Positions 11,901 through 24,125 of a DNA stretch of 64,000 nucleotides are shown piece after piece. The position numbers were made by a program, and so were the translations under genes. The stretch comes from Callorhinchus milii (lineage: Eukaryota). The notes below the pieces were generated by a model. It made no database searches, was not told the origin of the DNA, and saw only the letters and a list, made by a program, of their open reading frames with translations. How positions within the stretch are numbered: the first letter of the stretch is position 1; the number at the start of each line of letters is the position of its first letter. The stretch spans positions 24,182,001 to 24,246,000 of the forward strand of contig NW_024704742.1 of the NCBI RefSeq assembly GCF_018977255.1, read 5' to 3'.

Positions 11901-12621
11901 CAGTTTTTCCAAATCAAAAGCAAGTTCTTTTGTTCTTTGGCGTCGCTTTGTTTATTTCCTCATTTTCATGGGATACATTAATCCCACTTTACCTGCTCAA
12001 TAAAAGTGCTGTGATTTATATTTTGCTTCTGGCAATCACTACTTTCATCTTTCAGTGTTTCTCACTGCTGTTTAGACGAACCTGAAATTATTCTCTCAAT
12101 ATTCTTTCTCTCGATAAGCTCTGTGAGGCCCAATTTAGCACCGATACGATATCCTGTTTGGAATTAATAGCACATTTTTGTTTTATATCATTTTACGCAG
12201 GATCGTGTTGGGTAATCCTATATTCATTGCTATAAAAAAAGTAGCTGGTTCACCAAGTTCAGTAGTCACCCTGGGAGCTGAAATGCCCTCAATGCCTTCT
12301 ATAAGATTCCCTAATGCTTGTTCAGCACAGCTTTAACAAGGGGAAGCAGGTCTTGTTGGTTGAATGAAAGAATGCTGAAATCTAATGTTCAGCGACTGAG
12401 CTCTTAATATTAATTGAGAATGTCACCATTAGCTTTTTGTAGTGCTACAATCCTCCTGCATAAACCTGCAAAAAGCAAGCAGGGGTGCAACTTATAAACG
12501 GTACAGATTGAAAGCCCTTAAATGGATCCAATTTATTTAATTTAAACAATCCCCCTCTTTACCATCTAGCTCCTGAATTCCCAATTGTCTTTTTTCTTCC
12601 CGTTCCTTAAAAATAATGTTA

Positions 12622-13211
12622 CAACAATAACAACAAAATTACCTTTGTATAGTGCCTTTCACATCGGGAGGACGTCACAAGGTACTGAACAATCAGTGTT
12701 TCAGATCCGAACTGGGGATTGGGATGGGGAGGTTCGGGAGCAGGTGGGAAGGAGGGTGACCAAAGGCACGGTCGAAGAGGATCTTGAGATGGGTCAAAGT
12801 CAGCAGAAAGGTCGAGGAGGACAAAAAGGCAGAGAGAGCCCAGGACGCAGATTCAGAATGTTGTTAGTGACTTTGACCAGGGCCGTTTCCGTGCTGTGAG
12901 CGGCATGGAAACCCAATTGGAGGGGTTCAGAGAGGGAATGGCGGGAGAGGAAAACTGGGACCCGATGACTCATTCCAGGACCTTGGAGAGGGATGGGAGA
13001 TTGGAGATGGAGTGATAGCTGGAGAGAAGGGATGGATCCAGGGTGGGTTTTGGAGGTTGGGGGTGATGACAGCTGTTTTAGGGAGGGTGGGAACAGTGCG
13101 AGTGGATAAGGAGAGGTTAATAATGTCGGCTAAAAGAGGTGCCAGGAGGTGGAGCTGGGAGATGAGGAGGAGGGTGGGGATGGGGTTGAGGGAGCAGGTA
13201 GTGGGCTTCAT
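12622..13211 (-). mobile_element. L2 LINE fragment with internal deletion and 3' tail
   Basis: [25 protein letters not shown] homologous to the 7163 element; tail GACGTCCTCCCGATGTGAAAGGCACTATAC. Confidence 0.85.
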
Positions 13212-13284
13212 TTTCGATGAACAGAAATAGTCAATCTTTCTCTATCTTATGGCACTGCCCCCTTGGTTTTAAAACCACTGGCAT

Positions 13285-13806
13285 CAACAACAAAATTACA
13301 TTTATAAAGCACTTTTCACGTCGGGAGGACGTCCCAAAGCGCTGAACAGTCAGGTGTCGGGGCCCGAGCATGGGGGAGGGGTGGTGTAGGGGTGAGGGAA
13401 GGCAGAGAGGTGGGAGGGAAATCAAAGGCACGGTCGAAGAGAAGGGTCTTTTGACCGGCCTTGAAGGAGGCAAGGGAGGAAGCGAGGCGAAGGGACCATG
13501 GGATGGAGTTCCAGAGTATGGGGGCAGAGAGGCTGAAAGCCCGGCCACCGATGGCAGGGCGGGTCGGGCGAGAGACATGGAGTAGGCTGGAGCCCGCTGA
13601 ACGGAGGGAGCGGGCAGGTTGATAGGGAGTCAGCAGTTCAGAGAGATACGAGGGGGCAAGGCCATGGATGGCCTTAAACTTGAGGATGAGGATCTTGAAC
13701 TCAATCCTCTGGGGGATGGGGAGCCAGTGGAGTTGGGCGAGGGTGGGAGTGATGGGGTCACTGAGCCTGGTACATGAGAGTACACGAGCTGCAGAGTTTT
13801 GGATGA
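13285..13806 (-). mobile_element. L2 LINE 3' fragment
   Basis: [10 protein letters not shown]...[17 protein letters not shown]...LWNSIP...FKAGQKTLLFDRAF (L2 ORF2 C-terminus) plus tail. Confidence 0.9.
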
Positions 13807-13994
13807 TCACTCCCCCACCCCACATCCTACCACCACTGACCCCAACTCACAAAAAGCACACTCGACCTGAATGTCATTTTTCACTTACCTTGTCCCACTA
13901 TATTCAGCTTCACTCAAATACCATTCTTCCCTCCGAGTCAGAGGTTGTGAGTTCAAACCCCACATCGGGGCTTTCCACTCAGATACCTAAGCTG

Positions 13995-14807
13995 AGTGCA
14001 AACTTCCTGCAGCTGGATGTCTACAAAACAGAAGCCATACTCTTTGGCTCAGGTCAATGTCGTCACTCCTGCAGATCTAAACTCCTCAAACTCTCCTGGG
14101 CTCTTGCTCAGACTCACCGAACCAGTACGCAATCTAGGCTTCCGGTTCGACCCCCTGTCCAGGACTGCCTACTTCCACCTCCGACACATTGCCCAACTCT
14201 GACCGCACCTTACCCCAAATGCAGCCAAAACCCTTGTGCATGTGTTTGTCACCTCCTCCTTGGATTACTTCAACGCACACCTCGCCAGTCTCTCCAGCTC
14301 CACTATTCAAAAAAATCCAGCTTGTTCAGAACTCTGCCGCCCGAATACTGCCCCGGACCAAACTCCATACCCACAGCTCATCAGTTCTGGCCAGGATCCA
14401 CTGGCTCTCCATGACCTAATGGATCAACCTCAAGATCAAAAAACTCACGTTCAAATCCCTTCACTCCCTGGCACTTCCCTACCTCTCTGACCTCCTCACT
14501 CCCCAATTCACCACCCGGCGCCTTCGCTCCACTGGCACTGGCCTCCTACTTGTCCCTTGCACCCTCCGCTCCGCGATTGGAGGTCGCGCATTCAGCCACT
14601 ATGCCCCAAAACTCTGGAACGCTCTCTCTCAATCCCTCCACGTTACCCCCCCTCTCCCCTTTTTCAAGTCCCGCCTGAAAACCTTCCTTTCTACTGTGCT
14701 TATGGCCACCTCCACTCCCCCAGCTCGGAGTCAGGCTCCGCCACTGTTAAGCGCTCTGAGACTCTGCCCTGCGTGGGGGGCGCAATATAAGTGCAAGTTG
14801 GTGTTGT
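13995..14807 (+). mobile_element. Older L2 LINE 3' fragment
   Basis: NFLQLDVYKTEAIL, VQNSAARIL, HWL motifs across frameshifts; tail GGCGCAATATAAGTGCAAGTTG. Confidence 0.8.
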
Positions 14808-16522
14808 AAGATTACACTCCAATGCAATGTTGGGGGTTAGCTAAAATAAGATTTTAAACAGTCCTTCAGATAAGGCATTTGCCTACAAAATACACTTTGC
14901 AGTACCTCCTGAAAAACACTTTAAGACATCTTCTTGACAAGAAAGGCGCTATATCAAATGTAAGGATTAAACCACTTTACAGTATATTCTTGTGACATGC
15001 TTTGAGATGTCTCAATGACGTCTTAAAGCATTATATCAAATGCAAAGATTATTATTGTTTCTATTGGAGGCCATTTTTTCAACTGCTGCTCCCTTGCCCT
15101 CTAGGGTTTGCTTCCAAAATCTCTTCATCTGACTTCCTCTCTAAAAACATAATCTTTTCAAATAATGTTTTGGTGAACATGCTCCAATTCTCCAACTTTG
15201 TCCCTGTTGGACGATCCACATCATATTTGTTAAATGCTCCAAGAAAGTTCATTCCTCACAAAAAGCAATTTGCTATAGCAACATGTTTCAACAGAAATAA
15301 TGTAACATTGTAAATCTGATATTTCACAAGTTATTTATAATTGCGCCGTGACAAATCTGCTAAAATTAGTGAAGAGAGCAAAACAGCTCGGAGCATATCA
15401 ACACATTCGCAAAGGGAGCAGAATAGACCCTCTGCAGCCTACAAAATAACACATGAGGGAATGTGCTTTTTGTAGCAACATATTTTGTGGTTAAGATGAA
15501 CTCAATAAACTCCTTCATTGTCAGTCCTGCTGTTAGTAATGTAAAAACATAATGTAAGTGTGAATCAATGTAACTAGTACCTCATTGTTGGGGAAAGTAC
15601 TTCAGGATGGGAGGTGCATCTCAAGCAGGGAATACCCATGTAGGTAGCTCCTAACCACAAGACTTCAGCTCTGATCCGATATTGTCTAAAAACAGTTCTT
15701 GCAAGTCAGTGTGACATACATGAGTTTCCCTGCGTAAGATTCACTTTTCGTCTCAAGGTGCTTTCTTGGTTCTTCTGATATTCCTGCTATGATTTTTCCA
15801 TTCAAGCACTTTTTCAACCCTATTAATGTTAATGAATGAGAAGGTGTCCCTATCTCAGGGTCGTTTATCATTCCAGTGATCATGTTAGCATTTGGCTTCA
15901 CTTTGTGCCAAGACGATCACTGGTAAGTAAACTCCTGAAATCTGTATATCTTCTTGTTCACTAACACCTTGTTAGCCCAATGGTTTATTTGAGCTGCCCC
16001 TGCACCACCCAATCCTCAACTATTTTAGACAGTTATAGTAATATGTTTTGCTCTCATCAATCATTGGAAGTATATTTACAGTATATCATATACTGGTTGC
16101 TTTCTAAAAATAAGTAGGATTGAAGACAAGATAAAGTGAATGCAGCATTTCATAAATCAACATGAGAACCAGAGCTTGGAAATTTTTTACATGTGATAAG
16201 TGAACGATATTCTTTCTGCATTTATATTGTCACAAAACACACCAAAGAGCAAAATTCAAGCCAAACATTTGTAAAGTTGATAACAGAATTTGGAGAGTGG
16301 AATAAAAATAAACAAGATCAACCCATGCTGAATTCCTATCAACATTCCACAAACTTTTATTTGGCATAAGAATTCCACATTGCAACTGTAAAAATCTGAG
16401 TGGCCCTCATTAGCAAGTGAGGTACAGACCAGCGCGAGTTTACGATGTAAATTCCAGGGTTTTATCCCTCTGATTTACGCCTATTAAGTCTTGGTGCAGG
16501 TACAGTACACACTCTACACACT

Positions 16523-16600
16523 TGTACCCAATTATACCTGCTGTCCAATCTGCCAGGCTACTCTACCTGGCAGATTGGACAGCAGGTATAATTGGGTACA
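16523..16600. repeat. Perfect inverted repeat, 35-bp arms with 8-nt loop
   Basis: TGTACCCAATTATACCTGCTGTCCAATCTGCCAGG (16523-16557), CTACTCTA, then the exact reverse complement (16566-16600). Confidence 0.95.
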
Positions 16601-17554
16601 CGTTCCTTTAACTTAATCATTCTTTCCTTTCAGATATTTCTACTTTTCCCATAAATTACTCGGTCTTAGACAAAAATCATTTCTGTGCACGGTTATTACA
16701 CTGCCACATCACCATCTTATCAGATCTTCCTTTGCCCAGATCTTGTGTACTTTATAGATTTGAGAAGGGATAAACCTGCAGGAGCTAGACTGATCAGATA
16801 ATAATGATAAGATTTGGAACTCAAGAAATTTTAATTTATTATTGGACACTAATTCAGATTTGCTAAACCCTGACAACAACAACAACAACTTGGATTTATA
16901 TAGCGCCCTCCACGCCAGACGGAGTCTCAGAGCGCTTCACAGTAACGGATCCTAGGGCCGAGCCAGGGGGAGGGGGCAATGGAGGGAGATGTTACTCTTC
17001 AAACCCACAGCTTCCATAAGAAGTCATTTTGTGGCCATTTCGCCCACAAAATATACATTCAATTTTACAGTATATTCTGTGAAGCCCTTTGAGACATCTT
17101 GAAGATGTAATAAGGCCCTATATCAATTGCAGGGATTATTATTAAGAATAGATGACAGGACGAGCTCCTCTAATTAGACAAAAAGGCACATCTTTGAAAT
17201 GCCTGTACAACAAACTTGACAAATTGATATTTCTGGATGTGACGGTCTTACTGTTTGGTATTTTGGAAAGAATGTTAGGATCTCTGAGAAGCTGAGAAAT
17301 TTTCTTCAAAATGTGTGAAGTCACTTTGGCAGTTTAAAGGTATTTTGTGATTCCTGTGGTAGCTCCCTAACCTGTGATGTGTTGGACTTATGGAACCACT
17401 TTGAATGTATTCCAGGATCTCTTAAATCAGCAATGACCAACTTGCGTTCTGTTTACAGGTCAGCTTGTGACATGCCAACCACCTTGATGTTCTCGAGGTC
17501 TAGGTCAAAGTAAGTCTGCGTAACAGGCTTATGATTCAGCACCAGCTGCTTAAT

Positions 17555-17906
17555 TATAATAATAATCCTTGCATTTGATATAGCGCTTATCACGTCATTG
17601 AGAAGTCTCAAACCGCTTCACAGAATGTGCTGTAAAGTGAATTGATCATGTATTTATGGGCAAAACACGGCAGCCAAGCACAAACACTCATGGATTGAGT
17701 GACCACATTTTTGGGGGGGAGGGAGGGATTATTTCCTCCAGAAAGCAATCCGTCAATCAACTAACAACCGAGTTCCTACTTACTGCTAGGTAAACAGAGA
17801 CGTGTGGAGTAAGGAATCTTGCCTAAGGTTTCGCGCTGCCCGGGGATTGAACCCGGGTCAACTTGTTTATGAGGCGAGTGCTCTAACCAATACATTACAG
17901 GACTCC
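17555..17906 (-). mobile_element. tRNA-derived SINE, longer/older subfamily
   Basis: Same head and tail as the young subfamily, with extra central CACGTCTCTGTTTACCTAGCAGTAAGTAGGAACTCGG...GATTGCTTTC. Confidence 0.85.
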
Positions 17907-18156
17907 TCAGGTTCTCATGCAAGTGGTTTTGGCAAATAGACATGAGCAATGTGAAGACACCTCCGCCTCCAGGGTGCTTAGCGATAGTCACATTTATTTA
18001 TTTATTTACATTTTATTTAAATTTTACTTGGATAGTATAGGCCGGAGGCCTTCCTCCCCGCAGCCACTTCCCGTGTTCGCACAAATCCACTGCTTGATGC
18101 CAGACTTTGCAAATGGGCCGAAGGAAGTCCCTCCATTGCATCTCCACTGCATTTGT

Positions 18157-18523
18157 GGAGTCCTGTAGCTCAGTGGTTAGAGCACTCACCTTGCAAGTGG
18201 GTTTGATAGCCGGCAGGGCGAAATGTTGGGCAAGTTTCTTTACTTCACACACCTCTGATTACCCAGCAGTAAATTGGAACCTAGTTGTTAGTTGACTGGC
18301 AGATTGCTTTTCTAGGGTAAAATTTCCTTCAAAAAAAATTATAATCAATTGGTCACTTCAATCCCCAACTGTTGTGGGACACTGCTGTACGCAATTGGCT
18401 GCCGCATTTCACCCACAAAGTATACAGTCAATTCACTTTCCATTATATTCTGGGAAGCGCTTTGAGACGTCTCCAACACTGATAAGACCCTATATCAAAT
18501 GCAAAGATTATTATTATTATTAT
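18157..18523 (+). mobile_element. tRNA-derived SINE, longer/older subfamily
   Basis: GGAGTCCTGTAGCTCAGTGGTTAGAGCAC head; central ACCCAGCAGTAAATTGGAAC; (TTA)n tail. Confidence 0.85.
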
Positions 18524-19397
18524 CCCCAGGAGCTCAGATCCATAAAGGAAGACCTAGTGCTCAAAGTAACAACTGTTTCCTCAACTACTGAGGGCGGGTG
18601 GTCACTTTCAGCAATGACCCTGAAAACAGGCCATCTTCCATCAAAGTAGCTGGGGAGCAGTGAGCTCCAGGTGAAATGGCTCCAGGCACTGTCGAGAGTG
18701 CCCTAACATATGTCTCAGCTTCTTGGCTGAGGCAAAGGGCTCCGGGATGCTACTTCACATGAAGGACGCTACATAAATGCAAGTTGTTGTTGTAAAGAGA
18801 AATACTACATCTTCACCCTAATGTTGCACCCTACAAGCTGAAGCTGACGAGCTAACTAATATTAACTCTTTCAACATTTGTCTACTAACATTTTTAACCT
18901 CTAGATCTGTATATATATCATCAAAACTTTGAGCTCCCAGTCGAGGCTGACACTCCAGTGCAGTGCTAGAGGAGCCATCCTTCAAATAAGATGTCAAACC
19001 TGTTCAGGTGCAGATTAAAGATTGCAACCAAATGAGCCAACCAAAGGCAACTAATGACCGGAAGCAATGCAAACTGGGATATATAAATGAGGCTACGCAC
19101 TCCACATCACTCCCAGCAGTGAAAACAATAATAATCAATTTAAACAAAGACATTGTCCCGTGGAAATTGTCCACTGCATTCACCTACAAATATCCAGTCA
19201 CTTCACTTCACAGTAAACTCTGAAGTGCTTTGAGATGTCTTCCTGAATTAAAAAGCATGATATCAAATGCAAGGATTATTTTTTGTAAACCAAATGAGCA
19301 TTCTATTCCACTTAGAAGCACAGTTCTCCACAAAATAATATTGAAGAATAGCAGCTAGTGTAGATCATTTTATTGGAGTTTAATGAGGGTCATTAAA

Positions 19398-20605
19398 CTC
19401 TGCTGCTTTCGACACCATTGACCACTCCATCCTCATCCACTACCTCTCCTCTTACCTCAACGTTCGCGACTCTGTCCTTGACTGGTTCAGATTGTACCTC
19501 TCACACCGCCTCCACTTCATCTCCTCAAATGGCTTCTCTTCTAGCTCCCGCACCGTCTCGTGTGGCGTTCCTCAGGGCTCCGTCCTTGGTCCCCTCCTCT
19601 TCAATATCTATATGCTCCCTCTCGGTGACATCATCCGCAGACATGGGGTCAACTTCCACATGTATGCGGATGACACCCAACTCTACCTCTCTGCCTCCAC
19701 CCTTCACTGCAGTACCACTGCTGTCCTGACAGAATGTCTGTCAGACATCAAGTGTGGATGAGAGCAAACTTTCTTCAGTTGAACGTCAACAAGCCTGAGG
19801 CTCTCCTGATTGGCACCCATCAGCGCCTTCACACCCCAGGTGCTGACAGCATCACCATCCATGGTTACACACTCCACCTTGCTAAGTCAGTCCGGAACCT
19901 TGGTGTCTTGTTTGACCTTCAACTCTCCTTTCAACCCCACTTCCATGCCATGACCTGCTCTGCCTTCCCCCACCTCCGCAACATCGTCAAAACCCTCATA
20001 CATGCTTTCATTACGTTGAGGCTTGACTATGCAAACTCACTGCTTGTCGGCCTCCCCAACTCCTCCCTCCACAGACTGCAGATCATCCCGAACTCTGCAA
20101 CGTGTGTCCTCCCCTGCACCAGGCACCATGACCCTATCACTCCCATCCTTGCCCAACTCCACTGGCTTCCCATCACACAGAGAATACAGTTCAAGATTCT
20201 GGTCCTCACCTTCAAAGCCCTCCACAGTCTTGCTCCCCCCCTACCTCTATGACCTCCTAACCCCCTACCATCCTGCTCACTCCCTCCGCTCAGCGGGCTC
20301 CGGCCTGCTTCACGTCCCCCGCCTTGCTCGCCCCACATTGGCAGGCAGGCTTTCTGCAATTCTGCCCCCACCCTCTGAAACTTCATCCGCCAGTCCCTCC
20401 GCCTCGCACCCTCCCTTGCCTCTTTCAAGACGCATCTCAAGACCCTCTTCTTCGACCGGGCTTTCGATCACTCTGCTTCCCCCCTTGACCTCCACCCTCC
20501 CCAATCCTGACCCCCAACTCAGGTCCGAAACTCTGACTGTCCGGTACCTTGGGATGCCCTCCCGACGTGAAAGGAGCTGAACAAATGTAATTTTGTTGTT
20601 GTTGT
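19398..20605 (+). mobile_element. L2 LINE, 5'-truncated, frameshifted RT
   Basis: [40 protein letters not shown]; tail CCCGACGTGAAAGG...(TTG)n. Confidence 0.92.
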
Positions 20606-21964
20606 CATGGGTCCATGACATTAATCTGACAATATCTGATGTACTTCCTTTCCTGCCTAAATTGGATAGGAAGTATAATATTTCTTATTGTGTTGGAAAT
20701 GGAGAGATGGAAAGAATAAGAGTGCTGTAACTCCAACTTCCTTCCAATCCATATCTACCTGTTTGGCTAAGCAAAACAAAATAAATAAGATTGCACTGTT
20801 CGCTCTTTGTTCCCTAGCGTCCACATATTTCCCAGTTTGCTTTTTTTTCTACTTCTGTGAATCTCTCTGTCTTTCTCACTCATCTTGTCCATGCATCTAT
20901 CGATGTAATGAGGTTCCCTTCCTCTGTACCATATGAAGGATGACCATTTTGGCTTTTGTCTCTATAGCTGAAGTTTGTGCCAATAACCACAGGTTGGCAG
21001 CAGAGGTACACAGATCACAGATTGCAAAACACAGAAAGCAACATTTTTAAAAGATGTGGTTGGTTAAAAATTACAATGAAGGCTCTTAATCAACCCAGCT
21101 GCTCTTTTCGCTCATTGAACTTCATGTCCCCCCATTATTAATCGAGATGCCCTCCCAACATGAAAGGTGCTATATAAATGTTTTGCCCACAAATATACGG
21201 TCAATTCACTTTACAGTATATTCTGTGAAGCGCTTTGAGACGTCTAGAAGATGTGAAAAGCGCTACATCAAATGCAAGGATTATTATTATTATAAGTATA
21301 AATAGTATCGTATTGTTAACATCTACTTTTTTGAGAGGATTGTAGTGGACGTCTTAAAAAAGTAGATTTATTTGCTGTAGATTGTCCAATTTCAGAAATA
21401 TCTTGTTGATATACAGAAATTCTAATACTAACTTTACACTGGAAGTTTGCTGCTTGAAGATACAACTGCCACAGGATACAACTCCTCGTATAAAATAGTT
21501 TGGTTTCTCAGTGACAGATTTCGGATATTCCCACTCAGTCAGATCTTCAATTGCCCCCAAGGATTAAGTAGTGAAAACTTACAGGGATCTGAACTTTTAA
21601 GTTCCACCTCATCACATGAATATCATAATGACGTCAACATGCAGAACTCTCCCATCCCCCCAATTAGCATTCATCCGTCCCCACTCTCCCTCCCTCCCTC
21701 CTCTCCCGTTGTCGGTGTGGTGTGGGGTGAGGGAGTTGGCAGTGGGTGGGTGGGGAGTCCAGGGTGTGAGGTGGGGGAGGCTGGGGGTCAGGGCGAGGCT
21801 GTGTGTGGGGGTCGCTGTGGGTAGTGGAGGGGTTGACGGACGGTGTGAAGCTGAGAACAGAAAGGCCAGCGATGTCCCCCCCCACCCCCACAGGCCGGAG
21901 ACAGGATCCTCATCACATCACAGGACCCCACCCCCAGGCTGTCAGTCTGTGACTGTCTGTCAGT

Positions 21965-22286
21965 GGAGTCCTGTAGCTCAGTGGTTAGAGCACTCGCTTT
22001 GCAAGTGAGAGACCTGAGTTCAATTCCAGGCAGAGGGCGAAACCTTGGGCAAGTTTCCTTACCCCACACAGAGCCTAATAATAATCCCTCCAAAACCAAA
22101 AACAATAATAAATTGGTCATTTTCAATCTACGACTGTTTGCGGGACATTGCTGTGCGCAATTGGCTGCCGCGTTCGCCCACAAATATACAGTCAATTCAC
22201 TTTACAGTGTGTTCTGTGAAGCGCTTTGGGACGTCCTCCTGACGTGAAAAGTGCTATATCAAATGCGAGGATTATTTTATTATTAT
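21965..22286 (+). mobile_element. Full-length young tRNA-derived SINE
   Basis: Complete head (A/B boxes), body and tail; nearly identical to the copy at 36562-36886. Confidence 0.92.
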
Positions 22287-23754
22287 CTTGTGATTTTCAC
22301 TTCCCAAATAATAGTAGCTAAAAAGCCAGGAATAACGTTGCCTGATTTTTGATCTCCCAAATGTCCACTATGACAATACTTGCATTTTATATAGGATGTC
22401 AAAGCATTGCTAAGCTCTTCACAGGGTTATCCGTAAAGTTCAGTGACTGTGTATTTGTGGTTGAACCCAGTCACCAATTTGCAGACAACAATGTCCACAA
22501 ATAGTCATGAAATGAATGACCAATTTTTTGTCGGGGACTTAACCCAACAACTTCTGACTTGGAGATGGGAGTGCTGTCAACTGAGCCAGCCTGACACCTA
22601 TTATCATTTGCATTGCAGAAATGGTGAAAAAAATCCAATAACAGTTTGAGGTGGTGTGAAAATCTTGACATCACTGTGATATCTACAAGATGCAAATACA
22701 ATTATTTAGCATTTATAAATTCAGAACGAACAACATTGGTAGCAACACGTTCAAAGAAAGTGAGGCACTGAGTAATTCAAAAGGAGTCACAGATCAAGAA
22801 GCCCTTTGGCATGATGATGTCAACGTCAACCTAATATAATTTTGTCCTTGAAATGTGTTCCAGGCTGTTATGCTCTTTACAATAGAGCTAGTTAATAGGG
22901 CTAATTTTATTCCATTTTCTGTAAGATGTCTTTGTTAATGTTGGATATAATGGTGGCGATCGCCAGCTGGCTTCTGAATTACATGAGTTGAACTGAACTG
23001 TTGCAGTAACGTATGATTGAACTTAGTTTTATTTTACAATGTTGACTTTTATTTCACCGTATTACAGGTTGATAAAATACTCCATAAATTATTAACAATA
23101 AACAAATAACAAAGAGCCGTATATGAATATCATATGCCAGATTTGTTTGCTGAGAGAAGGCAACAGCTGGTGCAGTAGAGTTGCAGAGGTCACAGAGGTA
23201 GGGTGGGGCGAGGCCATGGAAGCATCTGAATGGCAGGACAAGAATCTTGAATTTGATATCCTGGTGAATCTGACATTGTGTTTGCGGAGCTGGAGAGAAC
23301 ACGGACTACAGAGTTGTTGATGATCTGAAGCGTGTACAGAGAGATGTCTTGGGAGTTGGCGAAAGCGTTGGCGTAACCGAACGTTTAGCATGGTGATGGT
23401 TTCCGTTTCCACGTGCATCAAACAGCTGTTTGGCAAAGTATAGAAATTCTATTGCTTCTGAGATCACCTTCGGGTCATTTCAGGATGAGGCATCAGCAAA
23501 ATTCACGCTGTCTTCTTTATTATTGGACATTTGGTGGTAAATCACCATCAAAATCACATGTATTCACCAACACGCACTGTGAGTGCAGCATTAATTAGAG
23601 TTTCTCCCGAGAGTCCAGCAGCGGAGCTAAGTGGCAAACCCTGGTATAACTTGTTCATTCAGTATCTATTATGTTTTTTGCATTTATATTGAAATGTTTG
23701 CACTGTCCCTCTGACTCACTCAGTGTGACTGGGCTGCAGGGGATTTATTCCCAG

Positions 23755-24125
23755 ACCAGCCAATGGCAGCAGCTGTCCTAGTCTCCAGAAAGAGCACCAA
23801 TCACAAGGAACCAGAGAGAGCCCATTCTGGTTGGCTCAGACCGACACCCCCCCTCTGATTGGTTGAGACAGCCCCACTCCTGATTGGCTGAGACAAGCCC
23901 CATCCCGATTGGCTCAGACAAACGCCATCTCTGATTGGTTAACACGGGCTCCCTATCTGATTGGTTCTCAAGGCCTTCCCCCCCCACACACCGTGATTCG
24001 GTCAATGACGCGCTTTACGGGGTGCGGTGATGGGTCTCTCCGCCGCCACGTCATCCCGGCCGCACGTGCCCCCACTCTGTATTGTGAGCGTTAAGAGTCT
24101 TTCCGCACTCAGCAAAATGGCGGTA
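23755..24125 (+). promoter_or_regulatory. CCAAT (NF-Y) box array promoter-like module
   Basis: About 7 CCAAT/ATTGG boxes, five of them ~25 bp apart (23856, 23881, 23907, 23932, 23958); then CpG-rich sequence with CCACGTCA (~24046), GCACGTGC (~24062) and YY1-like AAAATGGCGG (~24114). Confidence 0.6.

Noticed and set aside
11637..12450. TTTGTAGTGCTACA imperfect palindrome occurring twice ~800 bp apart
   Set aside because: Only 14 bp with no flanking homology; chance cannot be excluded
23755..24000. CRISPR-like repeat-spacer periodicity (also 56113-56275)
   Set aside because: Vertebrate context, repeats too short or spacers themselves related, no cas genes
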